From a virus, in IMG/VR virus record IMGVR_UViG_3300042114_000112, positions 1-49,533 of that record: a stretch of 49,533 nt of DNA; one strand, written 5' to 3'. The notes under the pieces were generated by a model. It saw only the letters and a program-made list of their open reading frames with translations. It did not search any database and had not been told where the DNA came from. Positions 43,554 through 49,533 of this stretch are shown here, piece after piece (within the stretch, counting starts at the first letter, position 1; each line of letters begins with the position of its first letter). The position numbers and the translations under genes are program-made.

Positions 43554-44041
43554 TGTTTGTTGGAATAACTAAACAAAATGGAATTTATGCGATAGTTGGA
43601 AGAGAAGAGTTACAGGCTGAATCTTTTGATGTTGATTATTATGATAATATTTTAAATTTACCAAGTGATTTATGTTTTATTTCTATTAGTGACCCACATA
43701 AAGATTTTATTAAAACAAATGGATACTTTAAAGATGAGTTGTTTTTGAAGTTTTATGATGTTGAAGAGCCTATAGGAAATTATGTTCCAATTACTGATGA
43801 ACAGGCAAAATATATTTATGATTTTATTATTAAAAATAAAGATTCTATGTTTCTTATTAATTGTGAAGCTGGAGTAAGTAGAAGTGCTGGTGTTGGTTTG
43901 GCTATTGAGTATATTACAAGAGATATATTTATCTTTGAAAAGTGGGAGCATTTTCCAAGTAAGGTTTTATCTCATTACAGATATGAGCCAAATATGACAG
44001 TTTTTAATAAGATAATAAAATTTGATGGAGGTACAAAATGA
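43550..44041 (+). CDS. Cys-based phosphatase-like protein (CX5R, COG5350-type predicted protein tyrosine phosphatase)
   Basis: LINCEAGVSRSAGVGLAI matches the C-x-x-G-x-x-R-S P-loop signature. Confidence 0.5.
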   Translation: MMFVGITKQNGIYAIVGREELQAESFDVDYYDNILNLPSDLCFISISDPHKDFIKTNGYFKDELFLKFYDVEEPIGNYVPITDEQAKYIYDFIIKNKDSMFLINCEAGVSRSAGVGLAIEYITRDIFIFEKWEHFPSKVLSHYRYEPNMTVFNKIIKFDGGTK

Positions 44042-44676
44042 AATCGATAATATTTAATACTGAAATGGTTAAAGCTATTTTAGATGGTAGGAAAACACAG
44101 TTTAGAAAATATATTAAAGATAATTACTTAATTGATTCTTTTCTAAAAAATGGTGGAGATAAAACTTATTATGCTTTTGTAAGATTTTCTAAATTTCAAG
44201 TTGGTGATATTCTTTATGTAAAAGAAACATTTTCTTGGTGGTTTGATTATGATAGTTCATCTATTTCAAGAGTTACATACAAAGCTAGTGATGAAGATTG
44301 TAATATAAAATGGAAACCATCTACATATATGCAAAAAGAAGATGCTCGTATCTTCTTAAAAGTTACAAATGTAAGAGTTGAAAAATTGAAAGATATTAGT
44401 GATGATGATTGTTTATCTGATGGAGTAATCAATCTTACAAATTATGACCCATACGAATTAATGACAAAAAAAGATGTTTTTAGTTTTGATGGTAAAGAAT
44501 GCTACAGTAGTGCAAAATACGCTTACGAAAAACTATGGAATAAAGCAGCACAAAAATATAGAGTAAAAAGAGACATTAAAAATAAAACTCCTAAAAGAGT
44601 TATGATTAAAAAAGGATATAGTTGGAATTATAATCCTTATGTGTTTGTATATGATTTTGAAAGAGTGGAGGTGTGA
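44038..44676 (+). CDS. ASCH-like domain protein
   Basis: MKSIIFNTEMVKAILDGRKTQFRK...VGDILYVKETF...WKPSTYMQKEDARIFLKVTNVRVEKLKDISDDD matches the recalled phage ASCH pattern. Confidence 0.55.
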   Translation: MKSIIFNTEMVKAILDGRKTQFRKYIKDNYLIDSFLKNGGDKTYYAFVRFSKFQVGDILYVKETFSWWFDYDSSSISRVTYKASDEDCNIKWKPSTYMQKEDARIFLKVTNVRVEKLKDISDDDCLSDGVINLTNYDPYELMTKKDVFSFDGKECYSSAKYAYEKLWNKAAQKYRVKRDIKNKTPKRVMIKKGYSWNYNPYVFVYDFERVEV

Positions 44677-44677
44677 A

Positions 44678-45046
44678 ATGAATGAGTTTATAGTATGGGA
44701 TGTTAAAGAAGTTGAACTTATTGAAAATGAGGGTTTATGTATTGATGAAAATGGAAAAGTAAGAAGTTCAAATGGTGTACTTTTGGATGAAGATAGTTAC
44801 AAGCCATTTTTTTATATTGGACTTACAGATATTGATGGTAAAAAGATATATGCTGATTGTAGTATTGTTGAGTTTGATGATGAAGTAAAAAGTAAAGCTT
44901 ATGTGAGAATGAGAAATTATGCGTATGAATTTTACTTTTTTGAAAGTGGTGGATATACAAAAATTTGTGATTTTAATTTAGAAAAAACTAGATTTAAAAT
45001 AATCGACACTATTCAAGAAAATAAACTAGGATTGATAAAATGTTAG
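44678..45046 (+). CDS. YopX-like protein (122 aa), paralog of 47980..48378
   Basis: GGAGG precedes the ATG at 44678. IGLTDIDGKKIYADCSIVEF and a C-terminal FKIIDTIQENKLGLI. Confidence 0.5.
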   Translation: MNEFIVWDVKEVELIENEGLCIDENGKVRSSNGVLLDEDSYKPFFYIGLTDIDGKKIYADCSIVEFDDEVKSKAYVRMRNYAYEFYFFESGGYTKICDFNLEKTRFKIIDTIQENKLGLIKC

Positions 45047-45324
45047 CATTTATTGAACTATATGAAGGTTATCAAAATACTGCTGTTGTTAGACAGATAT
45101 TGATAAAAGCTGGTATTACTCTTAAGTGGAAAGAGCTTAGAAAGTTGAATCGTGAAACTATGGAATATACAGTCAAGAAGTATAGGTCTATTAGAAAAAA
45201 AGATATTATAAAAGCTATTAGATACTATGATAAAATTAAAAATAGAAATGTAATGTATGGCACTACTCTTAAAAGTTTAGAAGATTGTTTGAGTAGATAT
45301 GAAAGGATTGAATGTGAACATTGA
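45040..45324 (+). CDS. Hypothetical protein (94 aa)
   Basis: Track ORF. Confidence 0.5.
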   Translation: MLAFIELYEGYQNTAVVRQILIKAGITLKWKELRKLNRETMEYTVKKYRSIRKKDIIKAIRYYDKIKNRNVMYGTTLKSLEDCLSRYERIECEH

Positions 45325-45871
45325 AACTTTTATGGTTGCATTGATTCAGAACTTTCGTCTTGATGCTCATGTAGTTGCTGTTGCAAAAGTTATGATTGAT
45401 GAAAGTGGTGTTGTTGATTTTGGTGGACTTATGAGAGAAGTGTTAGCAAGTAAGAAGTTTGACTTTTTGAGTAAGTTACAAGATGGTTTAGATAAATGCA
45501 AAGTTGTTGTTCGGCTTGATGATATTGAAAATAGAAGAGTTTATACATATTCAGAGAAATTATTTAGAAAAACAACTGACTGTTTTGATGATATAAATTT
45601 TAATTGTTGGAATTTGGATTCAGACCAGATGACAAGATTTTTAAATGTTTGGTTTGATGAAAATGAAAGAAAAATTTTAAAACTTATCGGAGATAGACAT
45701 AGACTTATGTTTATGAATAATAATATGAGAGGAGCTTTAGGAGAGCAAATAAATGAAATAGTTACTAAGTTATCGCTTGAAAAGAAAAAAAGTGCTTTAG
45801 CTATACCTATGGCTCAAAAAAGTTATATTGATAGTAGAGTGTTAAAACTTATACAAGGTGGTAAAAAATGA
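45299..45871 (+). CDS. Hypothetical protein (190 aa)
   Basis: Track ORF, ATGA-coupled to the methyltransferase. Confidence 0.55.
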   Translation: MKGLNVNIETFMVALIQNFRLDAHVVAVAKVMIDESGVVDFGGLMREVLASKKFDFLSKLQDGLDKCKVVVRLDDIENRRVYTYSEKLFRKTTDCFDDINFNCWNLDSDQMTRFLNVWFDENERKILKLIGDRHRLMFMNNNMRGALGEQINEIVTKLSLEKKKSALAIPMAQKSYIDSRVLKLIQGGKK

Positions 45872-46983
45872 GAATAGGTACATTATTTTCAGGTATAGGT
45901 TCGCCAGAGCAAGGTGCAAAAAGAGTTTATGATGATTTAGATTTAGTTTTTGCTTGTGAATGGGATAAATATGCAAGAGAAAGTTTTAAAGCAAACTATG
46001 AGATTGAAGATGAGCATTTTCATAAAGACATTAACGATATGGATGGAACGAAATACAAAGATAAAGTTGATATATTAATAGGTGGCAGTCCTTGTCAAGA
46101 TTTTAGTTCGGCTGGATTAAGAGCTTGAGTTGATGGGCAAAAAGGTATATTAATTTATCAGTACATTAGAATAATAAAAGAAGTACAACCACCTATTTTT
46201 ATATATGAAAATGTAAAAGGTATGTTATCGGATAAGAAAGGTAAAACTATAAAAGAGTTTGTCGAAGCTTTTAGAGATTTAGGATATTTTTGTCACTATG
46301 AAGTTTTAAATACTAAAGATTATGGAGTGCCACAAAATAGAGAGAGAATTTTTTTAGTTGGATTTAAAAATAAAGAACATTATTATAATTTTAGTTTTGC
46401 ACCAAAAATGAAGTTAGAAAAAAGATTAAAAGATATTTTAGAAGATAGTGTTGATGAGAAGTTTTATTTTTCAAATGAAAAAGTAATTTGGCTTGAAAAT
46501 TATCCAAGAAAAATTAACAGAGGAACAAATGAAACAGAATATTCTAATTGTTTAATAAGTGGTTATTATAAAATACCAGGTGATGGATTTTATATAAAAG
46601 AAAAAGTGTCAAAAAACATAAAACCAAGTGTTAGGTCAAATTTTGAGAGAGATTATGAAAAAATAGTAAATAGCGACAAAGATATTTTTTATTGCGAATG
46701 TGATAGTTGATTTCAAGACAATAAAGTTTGTTTAACTGAAAGTGCTTGTTTAAGAGCAAACAATGATAATTTGTTTACTTTAGATAATGAGTTTAGAATA
46801 AGAAAACTAACTCCAAGAGAATGTTTCAGATTGCAAGATTTTCCTGATGATTTTAAGTTTGTAGTTTCAAATTCACAACTTTACAAACAATCTGGAAATT
46901 CAATATCTGTTAATGTTATGGAGATGATTTTTAAACAGATTGAAGCTTCTCGATATAGAAATACAAATGGTGGTTTATTTTAA
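45868..46983 (+). CDS. DNA (cytosine-5)-methyltransferase interrupted only by two in-frame TGA codons (46126..46128, 46708..46710); either a recent pseudogene or read through/recoded
   Basis: The three track ORFs (45868, 46222, 46771) share one frame. Motifs run in order: FSGIGSPEQG (I), GGSPCQDFS (IV), IFIYENVKGM (VI), QNRERIFLVG (VIII), RKLTPRECFRLQDFPDDF (IX), GNSISVNV (X). Confidence 0.8.
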
Positions 46984-47159
46984 TGAAACACTCACCATAC
47001 TTTGAAGAACTACTAAGAAAACAAAAAGATATGAAAAAAGTGTTTTTAAATAGTGTATGCTGTAAGTGTGTTTGTGTTGATGATTTAAAGTGGAGAGATG
47101 AAATTGGTGATGTTATGTGTGATAAGTGTTATGAGAATATGAAAAAGGATAAAAGATGA
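46983..47159 (+). CDS. Cys-rich small protein (58 aa)
   Basis: I translated MKHSPYFEELLRKQKDMKKVFLNSVCCKCVCVDDLKWRDEIGDVMCDKCYENMKKDKR. It has a TAATG overlap upstream and an ATGA overlap downstream. Confidence 0.5.
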   Translation: MKHSPYFEELLRKQKDMKKVFLNSVCCKCVCVDDLKWRDEIGDVMCDKCYENMKKDKR

Positions 47160-47362
47160 TAGAGTTAAATAAAGATTTAGTTGATTATTTTAAAAAGTTA
47201 AAAACAAAAGAAAAAAATGTATTTTTAAAATTTACCTATTGGAATACAATAGAGCCTAAAGCACAACAAAGGCTTAGAGGATTTGCAATATTTTGTAAAG
47301 CACACAAAATACAAAATGTGTATCAGCTTGAAGGACATATGGCATTGGCAAAACTTTTATGA
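47156..47362 (+). CDS. Hypothetical protein (68 aa)
   Basis: Track ORF. Confidence 0.5.
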   Translation: MIELNKDLVDYFKKLKTKEKNVFLKFTYWNTIEPKAQQRLRGFAIFCKAHKIQNVYQLEGHMALAKLL

Positions 47363-47565
47363 AACAATCTAAAAGACAAAGTATGTACGAAACTATCATA
47401 TCAACTATGATAGTTTTTGTGGTTAGTTTGATAAGTGTTGTTGTTATCTTTCCTGTGTTTGATATACATACAAGTTTTGGTACTGATTTTATTATTACTG
47501 TTTATTTTACTGTTATTAGTATTTTAAGAGGATATTTTGTTAGGAGATATTTTAATTCAAAATAA
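47359..47565 (+). CDS. Small membrane protein (2 TM segments)
   Basis: IISTMIVFVVSLISVVVIFPVF and FIITVYFTVISILRGYF. Confidence 0.55.
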   Translation: MKQSKRQSMYETIISTMIVFVVSLISVVVIFPVFDIHTSFGTDFIITVYFTVISILRGYFVRRYFNSK

Positions 47566-47631
47566 TAACAATATAAGTTAGTTTTAACAATATGTGGTAT
47601 ATCATTCTTTAAATAAATTAAGGAGAAGTTT

Positions 47632-47847
47632 ATGAAATGTGAAATAAATAATGGAAAAATAACATTATGCAAAAATCTAAGTGAATTATTTAGTAAGTAT
47701 GATTCAAAAATAGAACCAGTGAATATGGTACATATGAGTAATTGGAAAGATAGCTTTATTGGTGCTGTTACTTTTAAATATGGAAGAAAAAAATCAGAGA
47801 TTGTAAAACTTTCATTTTGTCCATTTTGCGGAGGTAATTTAAAATGA
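47632..47847 (+). CDS. Hypothetical protein (71 aa) with a C-terminal CPFCGG motif
   Basis: Track ORF with AAGGAGAAG upstream. Confidence 0.55.
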   Translation: MKCEINNGKITLCKNLSELFSKYDSKIEPVNMVHMSNWKDSFIGAVTFKYGRKKSEIVKLSFCPFCGGNLK

Positions 47848-47987
47848 AACCAACCGCACCTAACTTAGCAAAGTTTTATGATGTACACTTTAATACTATA
47901 CATAACTGGAAAAAGAAAAAGCCTGTTTTGTATAAAGCTATGGTTGATTATTTTATGAAAAATACGGAAGGAAATTATTATGAATAA
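47844..47987 (+). CDS. Small HTH protein (47 aa; Xis/AlpA/Cro-like)
   Basis: I translated MKPTAPNLAKFYDVHFNTIHNWKKKKPVLYKAMVDYFMKNTEGNYYE. The pattern LAKFYDV...TIHNW is typical of small MerR/Xis-type HTH proteins. Confidence 0.45.
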   Translation: MKPTAPNLAKFYDVHFNTIHNWKKKKPVLYKAMVDYFMKNTEGNYYE

Positions 47988-48378
47988 ATTTAAAGTATGG
48001 TGTAAAAATAAAAATGAATGGGAAAAAGACGAATGTGCATTAATTAGAGATGGAAAGTTGATTGAGTTGAAATCAGGGAAAGAAATGCTACTTAAAAATC
48101 ATTCAATTCATAATGATGTTGGTATTACTGATATTTATGGTGTAAATATTTATTTAGAATCAAGTATTTTTGAATTTTATAAATGTTCATTAGATGGACA
48201 TAAAGAAAAAATTGAAGCTTTTTTAAGAGAATCCTCACCAATGATATTTCAAATAGTTGTTTTAAATAATAATATTTGGAATATTTTATATTGGCACGAG
48301 TTTAGACATAGTATTGAAAATATAAGAATCATTGACACAATTCAAGAAAATAAATTAGGACTTATAAATGAGCAATAG
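47980..48378 (+). CDS. YopX-like protein (132 aa)
   Basis: VGITDIYGVNIYLESSIFEF and a C-terminal IRIIDTIQENKLGLI shared with 44678..45046. Confidence 0.5.
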   Translation: MNKFKVWCKNKNEWEKDECALIRDGKLIELKSGKEMLLKNHSIHNDVGITDIYGVNIYLESSIFEFYKCSLDGHKEKIEAFLRESSPMIFQIVVLNNNIWNILYWHEFRHSIENIRIIDTIQENKLGLINEQ

Positions 48379-48679
48379 CATACTAAAAAAGTTACAAAAA
48401 GTTGATAAAAATGAATGTATCATAAAAAGTGGTGTTGCAGTTTTATTGGATAGTCAGGAGCAGTTGAACTTGTTGGCTGAGATAAGTAGACAGTATGGAA
48501 TAGACGATATTGTTATTGATGGAAGATATGTTGCTTTTTCAGATGAGATAAATGCAATAAATGTAGTTCCATTGAGTGATATAACAGAGGAGTATGATAT
48601 GGAAGCTTTTGAACATAAGAATCTTAATCAGATTGATTTTGATAAGTGGTATAAAAGAGTTAGTAGGAGTTTAGTATGA
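48368..48679 (+). CDS. Hypothetical protein (103 aa)
   Basis: Track ORF. Confidence 0.5.
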   Translation: MSNSILKKLQKVDKNECIIKSGVAVLLDSQEQLNLLAEISRQYGIDDIVIDGRYVAFSDEINAINVVPLSDITEEYDMEAFEHKNLNQIDFDKWYKRVSRSLV

Positions 48680-48867
48680 GATTAAAAATATTTACAATAT
48701 TATTTTTTGGATATGGATTTTCTTTTGAATTTGCAAAATCAGATAATAAAGATGGATTACCATTTTTTAAGTTTGATTATACAATGGATAAATATAACGA
48801 CTATTTTTTTAGAATTAGATTATTTTATGTTTGTAGATTTATTTTTAGAATACATTTAAACAGATAA
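48676..48867 (+). CDS. Hypothetical protein (63 aa), paralog of 33630..33836
   Basis: Shares the GYGF...(K/N)DG...aromatic/basic tail pattern with the minus-strand ORF between the terminase genes. Confidence 0.45.
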   Translation: MRLKIFTILFFGYGFSFEFAKSDNKDGLPFFKFDYTMDKYNDYFFRIRLFYVCRFIFRIHLNR

Positions 48868-49263
48868 ATGGAAAAGTTTATAGAAACAACACTAGAATTA
48901 TTTAAAGGAAAAGTTATTACAGTTACAAATAAGATAGATTTTGAGAATAATCCGTTGATGATTATTTTACCAGATGGTTGTGGGTATCGAAATAAAAAGA
49001 TGAATTTGACATCGTTTTCAGAAGTAGTGATAACATTTGAAGAGTGGAAAGGTGAAGAGTGCTTTACTGTTTGTGTAGATAGTTATTTATTTATCAATGA
49101 TAAGTTTAAGCTTGTAGATAAAGAGATAGAGAAGTGTAGATTTTATAAAGATAGTCCAAAGATGAAATACTCATCTATATTTTCTAGAGCTATGGCTGTT
49201 GTAGCTGCTATATGTGAAGGAAAAATAAAATTATCTGATAATATTGACAAAAGTCAAGATTAA
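48868..49263 (+). CDS. Hypothetical protein (131 aa)
   Basis: Track ORF, the last before the junction-region terminator. Confidence 0.55.
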   Translation: MEKFIETTLELFKGKVITVTNKIDFENNPLMIILPDGCGYRNKKMNLTSFSEVVITFEEWKGEECFTVCVDSYLFINDKFKLVDKEIEKCRFYKDSPKMKYSSIFSRAMAVVAAICEGKIKLSDNIDKSQD

Positions 49264-49340
49264 AAATAAAAAAGATTCATTTCTTTTTTATGTTACTTCA
49301 AATTAAGAAGATTTTAATATATATATGATATGATTTCACA

Positions 49341-49357
49341 TATACAAAGTTTGTATA
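49341..49357. repeat. Perfect palindrome TATACAAA-G-TTTGTATA
   Basis: Read directly. Lies immediately upstream of the terminator hairpin. Confidence 0.85.
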
Positions 49358-49358
49358 A

Positions 49359-49400
49359 GAAGCCGATACAAAATGAAAAAATCGGTTCTTTTAATTTTTT
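49359..49400 (+). terminator. Rho-independent terminator candidate
   Basis: GAAGCCGAT-N13-ATCGGTTC (one bulge) followed by TTTTAATTTTTT. Confidence 0.5.
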
Positions 49401-49406
49401 ATTAAT

Positions 49407-49533
49407 AAAGTGAATGTTTAATCTAAATTTTTACGAAAGGAATTTGTAAAATATTTTTAAATTAGGGAAAATAGATAATCCGTATCTATTGGTTTTGTGT
49501 AGTAGCTTGATTAGTAAAAAATTTAAGGAGGTA
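49407..49533. repeat. Terminal duplication copy 2, identical to 1..127
   Basis: Exact 127/127 match to the window start. Confidence 0.95.

Noticed and set aside
1460-44432. Other antisense or alternative-frame track ORFs: 1460..1765, 1773..1982, 4541..4816, 5176..5391, 6420..6722, 7641..7844, 9592..9819, 10308..10823, 12207..12389, 12859..13170, 14092..14334, 14112..14363, 22714..22938, 23408..23617, 23975..24232, 24361..24636, 24779..25240, 25847..26128, 26272..26472, 26798..27013, 27759..28040, 28179..28613, 30522..30767, 31787..32266, 31909..32319, 32428..32703, 34629..34823, 42823..43050, 43670..43951, 44247..44432.
   Set aside because: Each is nested in a longer ORF on the other strand or in another frame that has motif or synteny support. 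Their sequences are hydrophobic and low-complexity, as expected from AT-rich antisense frames.
1-49533. Genome-wide alternative genetic code (TGA as a sense codon).
   Set aside because: Only the methyltransferase has in-frame TGAs. Long conserved genes (terminase, portal, capsid, 2220-aa tape measure) contain none. Many genes terminate at TGA in ATGA/TGATG start-stop overlaps, which shows that TGA functions as a stop here.

Overview
The window is a complete, circularly closed phage genome. The first 127 bp are identical to the last 127 bp, so the unique length is about 49,406 bp. The sequence is strongly AT-rich and gene-dense, with two arms diverging from a repeat-rich control region at 35188..35605.

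Leftward arm (35187 down to 6831, minus strand), late genes. The order is strikingly lambda-like: Nu1-like small terminase, gpA-family large terminase, gpW-like, portal, S49 (gpC-like) protease with a nested Nu3-like scaffold start, gpD-like decoration protein, gpE-like major capsid, neck proteins and major tail protein. These are followed by a G/GT chaperone pair with a canonical G GGA AAG -1 slippery site, a 2220-aa tape measure, two tail-tip/fibre proteins and an HNH-AP2 homing endonuclease. Next comes a three-gene accessory island that includes a PagP-like outer-membrane beta-barrel. The arm ends in a lysis cassette (membrane proteins, overlapped spanin pair, GH19 endolysin).

Rightward arm (35606 through the circular junction to 6828, plus strand). 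It holds about 60 mostly small early genes. Those I can recognise are SSB, a wHTH initiator with in-gene iterons, a CX5R phosphatase-like protein, an ASCH-like protein, three YopX-like paralogs, dUTPase, a DUF3310-like protein and a DUF968/HNH-like protein. There is also a C5-cytosine methyltransferase whose only defects are two in-frame TGA codons.

Spanins and the PagP-like protein point to a diderm host. I saw no integrase, repressor, partition genes, tRNA or CRISPR array.

Most notable observations:
- the TGA-interrupted but otherwise motif-perfect methyltransferase
- the phage-borne PagP-like / two-TM sensor-like island
- two families of repeated intergenic cassettes in the early arm
- iterons inside the initiator gene
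- an EF-hand-type loop inserted in the endolysin

All family assignments come from motif recall and synteny only. No database search was run.
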